From: a virus
Virus record (IMG/VR): IMGVR_UViG_3300046170_000449
Span: 1 to 64,000 of that record
Reading direction: 5' to 3' (one strand)
Length of the DNA: 64,000 nt
A program made the translations under genes and the position numbers. The stretch's first letter is position 1, and each line of letters begins with the position of its first letter. Under the pieces are notes generated by a model. That model was not told the origin of the DNA. It saw only the letters and a list, made by a program, of their open reading frames with translations, and made no database searches. This document shows, in pieces, positions 1 through 10,710 of the stretch.

Positions 1-456
1 AAACAAAACCGCGCTGGGTTTCTCTCCCAAAATGCGCGGGAAGTCGAGGTTAATGGCCTAAGTTTAGACACAATTAGTAACATATTCAGTTATTTCTAAC
101 TTTCACGTTACTTTCACGTTAAACTAAACTTAATTCCAACCTTACTTCCCTATACTTTCTATACTCTCATCTCTTTCCCACCCTATACAATCCCGCCCTT
201 TCTTTTTTTTCTACCCAGGTTCCCAGTCGGAGACACTGTGTGAGACACGTCAGGGAAATCTAATCTTTTTTCGGGTAAAAAGTGAGGCTCAGTACAGAAA
301 AAAGCCTGGAAAAGTAGAAGATACTCTATTTGTACCTCAATTTTCCAAGCAAAAGGTATTTATTAATAATTTATACTTAAATATAAAATTTTATAGCAAA
401 AAAACCACCGAAACTCGGCAGTTACCCCAAATATTTAACCCAAAGCCCCGTTCTTT

Positions 457-693
457 TTACTGCCCGGTGGCTAAAATTTGGTATTTTTTAGATGCTGCCG
501 CTGCTTCACCCATCTTTTGGGTGTCAGGTAACTTACGGGCTAGCTCACGCTCGGCTCCCTGGATGAAAGTGTTGACTGTTAGGTCATCACCACCTGCATC
601 CTGTATATCCATTGCCTTCGAGGCAATGGTTTCAAGTGCAATTGCCCTTGCAAGTTTACCGTCAGCGTTTAAAGCTCCCGGAAATTCTTTCAT
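457..693 (-). CDS. hypothetical protein
   Basis: 78-aa ATG ORF with normal composition, divergent from the structural block. Confidence 0.5.
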   Translation of the reverse strand: MKEFPGALNADGKLARAIALETIASKAMDIQDAGGDDLTVNTFIQGAERELARKLPDTQKMGEAAAASKKYQILATGQ

Positions 694-790
694 GACTATT
701 TATTTTGTCATCTAATAGCTTACAGTCTATATGAGATAAGTTTTCACCGTTAAAATAAATATATTAAAGATAATAGTTTGATACCTGCTG

Positions 791-3772
791 ATGAACTCTT
801 ATTACGGCCAGCCTCCTCAACGAGAAGAGAATAATAATCTTGGTACAGCAATTGGACTTGGCCTGTTAGGTGCTGGTGCAGCAGCAGCTTTTGGCGGCCC
901 AGCTTTGCTTAAAAACATTAAGGCTCGTCGAGCAAAGTCGCAAGCAACAGGTGGACCACGTGGTGGACAAGGTGGAACTACTACTAGGGATAACCCAACA
1001 GCAGCTGAAGTTTATGGCTCTTTGGGTACTGAGGCAAAGCCAACAAAAGGTCAGGTATACGACAGAGTAAACCGTCAGCCAAGAACAGATTTTGAATATC
1101 AAGAATACGACTTTCCTTTAAGAAAAGCTTCACAGAGACAAACTGTGGTTGATACAGATACAGGTGAGATCATGGCCCGTGGAGGCCCTACTGCTTATTA
1201 TCAACAGTTTGAAAATGTTCCTACGGGGAATACACAAACACCTGAGTTGTATTTGAGTAAATTTCTTGATTCTTATTTAAAATCTCTTCCTACAAAACAA
1301 GAAACAACAAAAGGAAAATCATTAGCTATTGTTCCTAAAGTTAAAACGGCTGCCTATGAAGAAGGTTCAGCAGTTGATAAGTTAATGAAGTCACTGCTTC
1401 CAGAAGTAAACAAAGAAGCTGGTCAAATGACAGCTACTGAATCTTCACGTCAAACACGAGCACTGGCAAAGCAAGATGATCTGGCTACTCAAGAAGCAGC
1501 CCGTGGCATTCTGTCTGAGCTAAAAGAAAAACAAGCTGTTGGCACTCAAGTAAACCCTGAAAAATTAGCAAGGATTGAAGTTAACCGTAATAAAGATCTT
1601 CAAAGAATTGGTGGTTACATGTCAAATGTAATTGAGTCGGTAGTAGATGAGGATATGTATGACACAACACCTTCTGCTATTTTACAAATTAACAATAAGG
1701 CAATGGAAGGCACTCTTAGTGCTGATGACGTAGCTGCTTTCCAACAATGGTCAAATACGACGTTTAAAAATGACCCTACAGTATTAAGTGAAATCAATGA
1801 AAACATATATGGTATCAATGATCTTTTAGCGCCAAAAGTTAAACAGTCAGTTGGTGAGCAACTAAAAAGTAAAGGTCTCGGCATGGCAGGTATGCCAGGT
1901 GAAGGCCCATTACAAATTGATGTTGGAATGGGGTTGATTAATATTGACTCTCCCGCAGGTGTAGAAATATTATCGAATGCAGGCGTTACTCCAGAACAAG
2001 CTACTTCTTATTGGATCGATAAATTAAAAAGAGAAGGTATTATAGCAGAACAACCCACAACTTTGGTTCAAGTACAAGAAAGTAGGGAGCCACAAGTTGC
2101 GGTTAACGCAATGGAAACTGTCAATACAGCAGATGACCAATCTGATGGCAGGTTCTTGCGTAACCTTCAGCGAAATGAAGACGTGAACATGGCTGCAGTC
2201 AGTGAAGCTGTTGTTGATAATAAAGAGGCTGTTTTAGATTCACGTATCTCTGATGCTTTACGTTATCTCCGTGGAAAAGAAATTGATACTAACTTTGATT
2301 ACTCAACTGAAGAAGCAATACAAGCCAGACAAGTAGGCCAAAGGTTTGAAACTCTTCAGTCCTTAGGCAACCAAGTAATTGATGAAGTACAACCAGGTAC
2401 TCCTACTACTACTACTTCTGCACAACGTTTTTTCACTAATGAAAGAGATGAGATTGCATCTTTGTTAGGTGAACAGGGTATTAGTATGACGCCAGGAAAT
2501 ATCGAGAAAGAATTGGCTCTTCGTTTAGGGAGTGAAGCATACAAGTATGGGCCAAAGTATACGAAACGTAAACAGGCTCTTCAGCTAGGAGCGACTTATG
2601 ATCCTGCTTTATTTGATAATTTAGCCAAAGAATCTGTTGTTATTGCAGGAGAAAATATTCCTACTGGCCGCGTAGCAGAAACTAAAATTTCAACGACTTC
2701 TATGTTAGGTACTCCTTTTCAAGAAACAGTGGAGCTTGGTTTACGTGAACCTACCTACATGAAAGAAACTGCTGAGAGGTTAAAAGAAAAAGCAGAAAAG
2801 AAAAAAGATTGGCTTGGAAGTGTACGTTTAGAAGCTGCTAGTGAAAAAGCTCCTTCTAATGCAGAATTAATTAATACTCAACGTGATCTTGATTCTACAC
2901 TTGCTTATAAAGGTGAACTAGAAAATTATTTAGATTCAGGTCGAGGATCTTTATCTGAACGTACTCGTGCCAAGCAAAGACTTGATGATGTTATTTATGA
3001 ATTAGATAGGCTTGATACTAAAGCAGAGGCACTGACGCAACAAGTGTACGGAGGGCAAAGCGGTGCACGTGTACGTGGAGCACAAAAATACACTGCTGAT
3101 TATATTCAAAACTTAGTTTCTCCTTCTAAATTAAAATCTGGTATTGAAGAAGGACAACGTCTTTTTTATGAGCTTAATCCAGAAACCGGTGAACCTATTC
3201 CAGGTACACAGGAACTTCGTTCAGAACGTAAGATGGTCGACATGACTCCTAAAGGCGGCGGTGGACGCAATGTTGCTGAATTTAGTGCAGGGAATAGAGA
3301 TGAAGGCGGTGGTGATATAGATGTAGAAGATATTCTTAGGCAAGCAAGAACACCTAGGGATCAATCTGGGCGTGTATATGCAAAAGATCAATTTGGTTAT
3401 CGGCCTGGCACTGGCCTCACTGGTAAGCCATTAGAAGGAAGACCTTTTACAGATGATAGTACTCAAACGGGCAGGGTTATTACAAAGACAGGTATTCAAC
3501 CAACAAAACCACAACCAAGTTCTTTCTTAGATGCTAAAGCTATAAATTCTTTTGCACGTTTAAGTGACGAACAACTTGGACAAGTTTCCATGCAAGGAAC
3601 AGAAGCTGAGGCGTATAATGCAGATAAGATGTTAGCTAAACGCCGTAGCTTTGATGTTGCACAAGACATTCGCCGCATTCAAAACTCTGGGCGTCCAGAC
3701 GCACAGAAACAAGTCAAGTCATATCTTGATGAACTGATGGCAAACGAAATCCCAGGGGTTGACTTCTCATGA
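791..3772 (+). CDS. large putative internal virion/ejection protein
   Basis: 993-aa ORF with an N-terminal Gly/Ala hydrophobic segment (LGTAIGLGLLGAGAAAAFGG); heads the virion gene block; function inferred from context. Confidence 0.55.
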   Translation: MNSYYGQPPQREENNNLGTAIGLGLLGAGAAAAFGGPALLKNIKARRAKSQATGGPRGGQGGTTTRDNPTAAEVYGSLGTEAKPTKGQVYDRVNRQPRTDFEYQEYDFPLRKASQRQTVVDTDTGEIMARGGPTAYYQQFENVPTGNTQTPELYLSKFLDSYLKSLPTKQETTKGKSLAIVPKVKTAAYEEGSAVDKLMKSLLPEVNKEAGQMTATESSRQTRALAKQDDLATQEAARGILSELKEKQAVGTQVNPEKLARIEVNRNKDLQRIGGYMSNVIESVVDEDMYDTTPSAILQINNKAMEGTLSADDVAAFQQWSNTTFKNDPTVLSEINENIYGINDLLAPKVKQSVGEQLKSKGLGMAGMPGEGPLQIDVGMGLINIDSPAGVEILSNAGVTPEQATSYWIDKLKREGIIAEQPTTLVQVQESREPQVAVNAMETVNTADDQSDGRFLRNLQRNEDVNMAAVSEAVVDNKEAVLDSRISDALRYLRGKEIDTNFDYSTEEAIQARQVGQRFETLQSLGNQVIDEVQPGTPTTTTSAQRFFTNERDEIASLLGEQGISMTPGNIEKELALRLGSEAYKYGPKYTKRKQALQLGATYDPALFDNLAKESVVIAGENIPTGRVAETKISTTSMLGTPFQETVELGLREPTYMKETAERLKEKAEKKKDWLGSVRLEAASEKAPSNAELINTQRDLDSTLAYKGELENYLDSGRGSLSERTRAKQRLDDVIYELDRLDTKAEALTQQVYGGQSGARVRGAQKYTADYIQNLVSPSKLKSGIEEGQRLFYELNPETGEPIPGTQELRSERKMVDMTPKGGGGRNVAEFSAGNRDEGGGDIDVEDILRQARTPRDQSGRVYAKDQFGYRPGTGLTGKPLEGRPFTDDSTQTGRVITKTGIQPTKPQPSSFLDAKAINSFARLSDEQLGQVSMQGTEAEAYNADKMLAKRRSFDVAQDIRRIQNSGRPDAQKQVKSYLDELMANEIPGVDFS

Positions 3773-3984
3773 CAAAAGAAAAGAAAGATAAAAAGTGGAT
3801 TCAAAAAGCCACTAAAAATGAAGGTACCTTTACCGCCAAAGCAAAACGTAAGGGAATTACGTCTGCTCAACTACAAGCTAATGTGGAAAAAAATCCCGAT
3901 GATTACGATGAAAAAACAAAGAAGCAGGCACAGTTACGAGAAACGCTTGTAAAATTAAACAATAATAAAAAGTCTAAAAAATAA
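3769..3984 (+). CDS. small Lys-rich basic protein
   Basis: ATGA overlap with upstream stop; KKWIQKA...GTFTAKAKRKG pattern common in phage small basic proteins. Confidence 0.7.
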   Translation: MTKEKKDKKWIQKATKNEGTFTAKAKRKGITSAQLQANVEKNPDDYDEKTKKQAQLRETLVKLNNNKKSKK

Positions 3985-4553
3985 TGCCAAGGGATCCTCG
4001 TTTAAATACAGCCGACAATGCTATCAAAAAAGTTGATAGTGTTTTCAAAAAGAATTCCAAGATTGACTATGCGAGTTCTTTTAAAGCAAAACCTAGCCAA
4101 CCTCCTTTTGATATCAATCGTTTTGATGAAAGTGATTTACGTAATAAGTTATTAGCAAAGAAACAAGTCCAAAACCCTGGACTTAATTTTGTTTCTGATG
4201 ATCCTCAAAATTTTGAATTGTTTGCTGGCCTTGGTCGTTTTGATACAAACCGTGGTGAACTATATAGTTTTGAAAATGGTGGGCCAAACACCCGTAATCG
4301 TTTTACTGAAACCTCAGAATTTAATCCTATGTGGGCAGAATTGTATAAAGTAAGTCCAACAATTAAACCAGGAGATAAGATATCAAATCCTTTCCCCAGA
4401 ATGAAGAATCCAGATCCGAAGGGTTACATTATGGCTGCTGCGGAAAACCGAGCAGAGAATGAATATGAGGAGGAGTACTCTGTTGCGCGTTTATTAAGGG
4501 ATCCCGATCCAATAGGAGAGGATGATGAAAGTAGTGAAGATAAAACGGTTTAG
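3984..4553 (+). CDS. hypothetical protein
   Basis: TAATG coupling with previous gene, 189 aa. Confidence 0.7.
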   Translation: MPRDPRLNTADNAIKKVDSVFKKNSKIDYASSFKAKPSQPPFDINRFDESDLRNKLLAKKQVQNPGLNFVSDDPQNFELFAGLGRFDTNRGELYSFENGGPNTRNRFTETSEFNPMWAELYKVSPTIKPGDKISNPFPRMKNPDPKGYIMAAAENRAENEYEEEYSVARLLRDPDPIGEDDESSEDKTV

Positions 4554-4577
4554 ACTTAGTAGATAAGGAATAGCATT

Positions 4578-5168
4578 ATGGCGAAGGCAAAGCTAGCAGG
4601 TGCATTATTAGATTTTTTAAAGAAGCCTATTGTTGGTGAAGCACTAATGAGTGGTGGTATAAATACAGGTTTATCTTTATTTACTGGTGCTAATCCAGCA
4701 GAAGCACTTTTGTACGGTGGTGCTGATGCTTTAGCATCTGGGGCTTCTCTTGGTGCTGTGCGTAAGCTAAATAATAGCGGTCTTAGAAAGAAACTTGGGC
4801 TTCGTGAACTAGGTACGCAAACAATCAAGAGAGATGGTAAGAGTGTAACCACACCTGTTCGGTCTAACTTAGAAATACCGGCTAACGTTGCGGCTTCTGT
4901 TGCTTCCACAGTTCCTGTCAGTATGTTACTGGCAGCAGAGCAAGGTGTTCAAGGTGCACAAACAAAACAAATTGATCAACAAACAGTACAACGTGCAGTA
5001 ATTAACGATGCACCTAATCAGTTAGCAGGTGCTTACATGCCCGCTACATTATTACAAAACATTGGGTTACCTTCTAATAATTCGTTAATGGAACAAATGC
5101 AAAATGATCAAGGTCCGACAGGTCAGATGGATGAACGGGCCATGGCCAGAATTATGGGGTTAGGTTAA
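4578..5168 (+). CDS. putative internal virion protein
   Basis: 196 aa, Gly/Ala/Leu-rich, AAGGA upstream. Confidence 0.6.
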   Translation: MAKAKLAGALLDFLKKPIVGEALMSGGINTGLSLFTGANPAEALLYGGADALASGASLGAVRKLNNSGLRKKLGLRELGTQTIKRDGKSVTTPVRSNLEIPANVAASVASTVPVSMLLAAEQGVQGAQTKQIDQQTVQRAVINDAPNQLAGAYMPATLLQNIGLPSNNSLMEQMQNDQGPTGQMDERAMARIMGLG

Positions 5169-6259
5169 TGGGTTTACGTAGCGATTACAAAACAGGTTGG
5201 ACAAAAGCAGTCCAGCAGATGGGTAACAAGGATTATGGGCATACCGTTCTGCCTATAACGAAAGGTGCTAGAAATTTTTATAAAGGTTTAAAAAAAGAAG
5301 GTATTGGTTTAGATACTCCTGTACAACTCGCAGGTGCCATGGGTGCTCGCTTGTTGACTGATTTAGGTACAGACTCGACACGCCAGATGTACTGGCGATA
5401 TAACCATCCAATGGCTATATCTGAAAAAATAGGAGAGCAGATTATCGGAGAAGGAATCCAGTCGTATTCACCTACACAACGTGCAGCAATTGGTTTAGCT
5501 TCAGTCGGCCTACCAGTGGGAGCATCTTTAGGTACTTTTGATGCAACCAATCTTTCAGAGTATGGACGACCTAAGGGCTTTGCTCAGTCTTATGCTGAAC
5601 AAGGTTCTGAGGATAGGCGTGAAACAGGGCAGCTTGCACCTGAGTTAGTTGATCGTTTTGTATTGGGTCGCCAAGGTCGTCCTTTAAAATATGAAACCGC
5701 AAAAGAAGATATTCCTAATTTAACGAAAGAACGTTATGCAAACTATATGAATTATCTGTATAACGATAAAGGTCCACTTGGTATTGGTGTAGTAAAAGGA
5801 ACGATGGAGAATCTTCAAGGAGAACCTGAAGTTCGTATTGTTGGTTTTCCAGTTGGTTTACAAGCAGCAGGCGCCTTAGTTGGAGGAGCAGCAGCAACTC
5901 GTGGGGCTCTTGGTTTAACCACCGGAGAGGAAACGGTACCTGGAGGAATTGGACCAAAGCAAAGACGTACTAAAAAATCTGTTGACACATCTACTGATAC
6001 CCCCGGTCCCTTCCCTAGGGATACAAATGTTTACCGTAAAGGCGAAAGAGCAGTTAAAGTAAATAGTGGTTCAGCCGGACGCACTGGTACCAGGGTTGAT
6101 ACACTTGGACCACGTGCTCGAACTGTTGCTGCATTAGGTGCAGCCGGTGCATTGGGAGGAGCTTTAGCAGGTAAGTTTGTTAATACAATGATTGCCTCTG
6201 CTGGACAATCTGATTTACCAACCACACAAGAGTATGGTGTTACTCGCCCCATGGTTTAG
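5168..6259 (+). CDS. putative internal virion protein
   Basis: 363 aa, TAATG coupling, several GxxxG Ala-rich hydrophobic segments. Confidence 0.6.
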   Translation: MGLRSDYKTGWTKAVQQMGNKDYGHTVLPITKGARNFYKGLKKEGIGLDTPVQLAGAMGARLLTDLGTDSTRQMYWRYNHPMAISEKIGEQIIGEGIQSYSPTQRAAIGLASVGLPVGASLGTFDATNLSEYGRPKGFAQSYAEQGSEDRRETGQLAPELVDRFVLGRQGRPLKYETAKEDIPNLTKERYANYMNYLYNDKGPLGIGVVKGTMENLQGEPEVRIVGFPVGLQAAGALVGGAAATRGALGLTTGEETVPGGIGPKQRRTKKSVDTSTDTPGPFPRDTNVYRKGERAVKVNSGSAGRTGTRVDTLGPRARTVAALGAAGALGGALAGKFVNTMIASAGQSDLPTTQEYGVTRPMV

Positions 6260-6298
6260 TTGATATAGAATTTACATATTGAAAGTAGTATCTTAGAC

Positions 6299-7111
6299 AT
6301 GGCTAGTGGAGAAAGGACTCGTGTTGGGCAAGGCGGGGCGCTAGTTCCATATAGTGCACGTACTGCCGCAGGTAGTGCGATGCGTGACCCAAGAGGAGCA
6401 GCTGGATATTATTCACAACAACTTGGACAAGGAGCTTTGTTTCCAAGAGGGCAGATGATGGGAGGTCTTTTAAGTACTGGTTTAGCAGCCGCTCCACTTA
6501 TTGGCCAAGTAGCACAAGACGTTGGTCAAGGTAGAACTTTAGATGCAGCAGTGACAGGCGGTGTAGGTGGTGGCCTTCTTGCCGCTACTGAACTAGGAGG
6601 ACGAGCTGTTGGCGGTGTCAAAGGAAATTTGATCCGTGGTACTGGTGCAATTCTTGCACCTCTAATTGGCAATGCAGCAGGTAACTTTGCCGAAGGCCAA
6701 AGAGCTGAAGATACTGGTGTAGCACCCGCAGGAGCAAGTGAAGTAGAACAGAGGAAAGCAGATCGTTCTAGAATCAAGCAGGATGCTGCAGACTTTCTTG
6801 AGATGAGCGTAAATGCAATGAGTGCATATACTCAACAGAATATTGATTTAATGAAGGCAGCTTCTGATCAAACTTATCTTGATAATCAACGTAATGCACC
6901 GATGATTAAGAAGTATCTTGATGAACAGATGGTTCGTCAGCAAGCATTGAATGCTTCTAATACTAGTAACTATGCAATGCTTGGTACAGTAGCTACTGCA
7001 GGTAAACTAGCCACAGGAGCACAACAGCAAACTAGCACAACCATGCGAACTATGCTGTCAAACAATCCTTATTCAAACAGCGTAATGCAAGCCCCTAATA
7101 TTAGTTTCTGA
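6299..7111 (+). CDS. putative internal virion protein
   Basis: 270 aa, Gly/Ala-rich N-half, helical C-half. Confidence 0.6.
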   Translation: MASGERTRVGQGGALVPYSARTAAGSAMRDPRGAAGYYSQQLGQGALFPRGQMMGGLLSTGLAAAPLIGQVAQDVGQGRTLDAAVTGGVGGGLLAATELGGRAVGGVKGNLIRGTGAILAPLIGNAAGNFAEGQRAEDTGVAPAGASEVEQRKADRSRIKQDAADFLEMSVNAMSAYTQQNIDLMKAASDQTYLDNQRNAPMIKKYLDEQMVRQQALNASNTSNYAMLGTVATAGKLATGAQQQTSTTMRTMLSNNPYSNSVMQAPNISF

Positions 7112-7113
7112 TC

Positions 7114-7632
7114 ATGAGTTACTTCAATAGACAACAACGGCCTCTTGCTGGGTATGCGGATATTTTTAAAGGAGGTACAACTGATTTTCAGTCTTTACTG
7201 AATGCGAATGCGTTTGATCTAGGTACAGCATCTAATGAAGATCTTACTCGGACCACCGCTGCACCAGCTACAGGGCCTAGTACACCCCTGGGTGCTGATG
7301 CTGAACGACCTGCACTTCCGACCATAAATGGAGTAACCTTTGGCCAAGGATATGAAATCAGTGATAAGGATAGATTGAACATTGACCTTGCCAGAGCACT
7401 CCAGCCTGATGATTCAAAGTATGATCAAAAGTTAGAAAAATTAAGAACAGCAATGCGTGAAGAAGCAGATTATGCAAATAAAATGGGCAGAGAGAATATG
7501 CTCTTAGGATCACTTCTAAAAGATATTCCTAAAGCAGTCACCAATATGGCAATGGCAGGTACTGTATACAATGCACAGAATGCAGTGGGCCCATACAATG
7601 CAGCTCAATATGGTAGAAAGTATTTCACCTAA
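7114..7632 (+). CDS. hypothetical virion-region protein
   Basis: 172-aa ORF in tightly packed operon. Confidence 0.6.
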   Translation: MSYFNRQQRPLAGYADIFKGGTTDFQSLLNANAFDLGTASNEDLTRTTAAPATGPSTPLGADAERPALPTINGVTFGQGYEISDKDRLNIDLARALQPDDSKYDQKLEKLRTAMREEADYANKMGRENMLLGSLLKDIPKAVTNMAMAGTVYNAQNAVGPYNAAQYGRKYFT

Positions 7633-7671
7633 AACTTTTTGCTTGTAAAATAGTTAAAATAGGTAGAAAAA

Positions 7672-8178
7672 ATGGTGGCTTCTAAATTTAATCCAGGTGT
7701 TTTTAATTCTGGTGCTTTTGATTTAGGTGCAACTGCAGGCCAGTTCACCCCTGGCGTCTCATTAGGTGATTTTCAAACAGGTGTTGACTTAGGTAGGGGC
7801 TTTGGTGAGACCAAATCAAACAGTGGTTTCCTTAGTGGTTTAGCAGGTAAGTTTGGGGGTTTGTTTGGTGGTGATAATACTACTGGTCAAGCATTAGGTC
7901 TTGCTACCTTGCAGGGTAATCTTGGTATTCAAGCAGCCAATATTAGTAATATGGCAGCTGAAGTTGCAGCTGAAAATGCACAAAATAGTCTACTTACTGA
8001 CTATAATTTACAACGGATTGCTAAAGGTGATCGTCAACGCTTTAATATAAATCGCCTTGGAAGACAAGAGAACTTAATGGCTGTCGTTCCACAGTTGGTA
8101 AACAACGTCACATACTCAACTAAGAATCCAAACGTGGGTGCTGCAATGGGTGCACAATTAGCCGGTATGATTGGTTAA
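7672..8178 (+). CDS. hypothetical virion-region protein
   Basis: 168 aa, Gly/Phe-rich N-terminus. Confidence 0.6.
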   Translation: MVASKFNPGVFNSGAFDLGATAGQFTPGVSLGDFQTGVDLGRGFGETKSNSGFLSGLAGKFGGLFGGDNTTGQALGLATLQGNLGIQAANISNMAAEVAAENAQNSLLTDYNLQRIAKGDRQRFNINRLGRQENLMAVVPQLVNNVTYSTKNPNVGAAMGAQLAGMIG

Positions 8179-8227
8179 TAGATACGTATAGTTTAGAATA
8201 ACAATATTAGTTGAAATGCACTAAATA

Positions 8228-8935
8228 ATGGTATTCGGAAAGATCTTTCAGGGCTTAGGAGGTGCAGCATCAGGCGCAGCGGCTGGTTCTGTATTCGGTC
8301 CCATTGGTACTGGAATTGGCGCTGTTGTTGGTGGTTTAGGTAGTCTTGGTGGTTCTTCCAGTGGTGGAGGGTCAGCTGGAAACATGGGTGGCCTGGGAAA
8401 CGCTAAGGCATATGTACCGAAACCTTTGCCAACACCATTTGGTAGCGTGGAAGATGCAGATGATTTCCTTAGGCAATACACGGAAGGTAATCTTGGCGGC
8501 CTGCGTAGAGATGATGCCTTAGAGATGGCATACAATAATTTATCTCCTTTTGATAGGAATGAGTTATTAACAACGTCTGATGCAGCTAAAGAAATTGTAG
8601 GTTTCCAGTATGACCCTGGCAAACGCCGTGAGTTAGCTTCTACTTTTAGTGATGCAGCCTTTGGTGGTTCATCTGCAACTCCTGGAGTTGTAGATCAAGT
8701 CTCAGCGCAAGCAGAAGCCCTGGGAGCAACTACTCCTGAGGAAATTCAACGCCTTGCGTTTAATACCGCAGCTAGGACACCTAGAGGTCAGAGAATGGTT
8801 GCAACAGGACCACAAACAGAACGGGAAGCACAATTCGGTCAACTCCTTCGTGATGGCGACGGTACTCTTACTGGTAAGTATGATGTAGGCCGAGGCATGG
8901 AAAAACTTATCAGTCGGCGTATCGCAAACGCATAA
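8228..8935 (+). CDS. putative DNA pilot/ejection-type protein
   Basis: N-terminal GGAASGAAAGSVFGPIGTGIGAVVGG glycine-zipper segment typical of ejected proteins. Confidence 0.55.
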   Translation: MVFGKIFQGLGGAASGAAAGSVFGPIGTGIGAVVGGLGSLGGSSSGGGSAGNMGGLGNAKAYVPKPLPTPFGSVEDADDFLRQYTEGNLGGLRRDDALEMAYNNLSPFDRNELLTTSDAAKEIVGFQYDPGKRRELASTFSDAAFGGSSATPGVVDQVSAQAEALGATTPEEIQRLAFNTAARTPRGQRMVATGPQTEREAQFGQLLRDGDGTLTGKYDVGRGMEKLISRRIANA

Positions 8936-8947
8936 CGGAGTTTAATT

Positions 8948-9676
8948 ATGTCAAGACAATCTTTATCCGAAATTGCAAATCAGTATGGCAAAGGCTCAGA
9001 CTTTGGCCATTACGATACCCAAATTGCTAAGCAACAGGGTTACAGTAACCAAGAAATCCTGGATTATTTAGATGCTAATCCTGACAGGCTAGGCTATAGT
9101 AATAAACCCGGAAATGAGGGTAATTTATATAATGAGCTTCTTAGTAATAACGTTGACTTTAGTAAGGGTTTCAAAGCAAATCGTGGTGGAGCGTCTGGTG
9201 CTGAGATAGCCGAATCCAATGCACAACGAGATCAGCAATTTACTTTGGATCGTATTGCTGCCCAAGGAGCCGCAAATGCTAATATCCAACGTTTAATTAA
9301 TATATCTAATAAATATGCCGCTGATAGTACAACTACGCGGGGGTTGTACGCAGCAGATGCCGCAAAAGATGCAACCATTTTTTCTTCAGAGTCACAGGAA
9401 CGTACTAGTAAATATGTAGCTGATATAGGTCGGTTATCAAAAAATGAAATAGCAAAGATTCAAGGTAACTTTGGATTGGCGTTACAGGAAATTGTGAACT
9501 CTGGGGCAAAAGAGGCGGAAGCTGTACGTGGTGAGTATGGACTCGCTAATACAAATTTAACGGGTCAGTATCAACTAGAGAATACCCGTTTACAAGGTGC
9601 AACCGAACGTGATGTCGCCTCCCGTAATCGAGATGCGACTATCTTTGGGTCCTTGATGTCAGGTTTTTGGAGTTAA
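8948..9676 (+). CDS. putative internal virion protein
   Basis: 242 aa, GGAG SD; Ala-rich helical repeats; N-terminal domain shared with ORFs at 28915 and 52855. Confidence 0.6.
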   Translation: MSRQSLSEIANQYGKGSDFGHYDTQIAKQQGYSNQEILDYLDANPDRLGYSNKPGNEGNLYNELLSNNVDFSKGFKANRGGASGAEIAESNAQRDQQFTLDRIAAQGAANANIQRLINISNKYAADSTTTRGLYAADAAKDATIFSSESQERTSKYVADIGRLSKNEIAKIQGNFGLALQEIVNSGAKEAEAVRGEYGLANTNLTGQYQLENTRLQGATERDVASRNRDATIFGSLMSGFWS

Positions 9677-9724
9677 TAAAGTTTAATTGATAGTATAATT
9701 AAAACATAATCGCTTTTATAAAGA

Positions 9725-9901
9725 ATGTCAAGTTCTGCCGGTGGTAATTACTCAAGTGACGCATCTTTACCTTTAGCTGATTTTCAAGCATTGCTTGATA
9801 GGTTAGAAGGTTCTAAAAAGCGTCAGCAACGCCAAAAATCTGTAGAAGGTCGTCGTGACATCTACAGCCAAGGTCTTGCTTCCATGATGAGCAACTTCTA
9901 G
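9725..9901 (+). CDS. small hypothetical protein (not in ORF track)
   Basis: ATG 9725 to TAG 9901, 58 aa MSSSAGGNYSSDASL...GLASMMSNF; TATAAT upstream. Confidence 0.65.
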   Translation: MSSSAGGNYSSDASLPLADFQALLDRLEGSKKRQQRQKSVEGRRDIYSQGLASMMSNF

Positions 9902-9936
9902 TAGCCTTAGTTAACACTTTTATTTAAAGGAAAATC

Positions 9937-10203
9937 ATGGTCGTCGGTGCAACACCTCCTGCTTCAGGAATAGATGATACCTATGCAAATGACGACTGGT
10001 TTGATATTGACCAGTATAAAAAGGCAGCGCAAGTTGCCTATGATTTTTCTTTAGGTAAGATGGAAAAAGCTGGTGACGAAGAAAGAGAAACAATTGGAAA
10101 AGGCGCAAGTGAGCAAAGATCAACTAATCGACAGCAACAAACCTTCTCTGAAAAAGACGAAGAGCGCGATTATCAGCAATCCCAAAAGGGATATCGATTC
10201 TGA
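9937..10203 (+). CDS. hypothetical protein
   Basis: 88 aa, AAGGA SD. Confidence 0.65.
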   Translation: MVVGATPPASGIDDTYANDDWFDIDQYKKAAQVAYDFSLGKMEKAGDEERETIGKGASEQRSTNRQQQTFSEKDEERDYQQSQKGYRF

Positions 10204-10702
10204 TATAAACGTCCAGTCTTTTACTATTTGGCTGGATAATTTAGACTCTGCTTCCAGAGAATCGTTTAATGCCTTTGCTGAAGATACCTTTTCTCCTATT
10301 CAAGTTTATATCTATGCCAAGTTCCTTGGTTATGACGGCAGTATTATCTGTGTAGATGATTGGGTGGCAAAGGTTTATCCAAAGCCTGATCATCTAAAAG
10401 TCTTGCTGTATGAAATCGAACAGATGCAAGAAGACGTACGTAAATTACGTTTAGATATTGAAAACTATACTGTCAAACGTGATGCTGGTGTAGCACGTAT
10501 TGCACAGATGCAGAAAGAAATCCGTGGAACAATTGCACAAGTAGATGCTTTTGTTTCTTCTAAGGACAGGAAGGGGCTACTCCTTGCGGGAGCAGATCGA
10601 GCTATCCGTGAACTTAACTCTGTATTTAAAGATGATCCTATTGAAGGCCCATTACAAGAAGCAGCAATGTCTGTCTGGGCTAGAATTCAATTTGAAGATT
10701 AA
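10073..10702 (+). CDS. putative terminase small subunit (start uncertain)
   Basis: helical/coiled-coil protein shortly upstream of TerL; 5' end overlaps previous gene; role from position only. Confidence 0.45.
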   Translation: MTKKEKQLEKAQVSKDQLIDSNKPSLKKTKSAIISNPKRDIDSDINVQSFTIWLDNLDSASRESFNAFAEDTFSPIQVYIYAKFLGYDGSIICVDDWVAKVYPKPDHLKVLLYEIEQMQEDVRKLRLDIENYTVKRDAGVARIAQMQKEIRGTIAQVDAFVSSKDRKGLLLAGADRAIRELNSVFKDDPIEGPLQEAAMSVWARIQFED

Positions 10703-10710
10703 TTTTTAAA

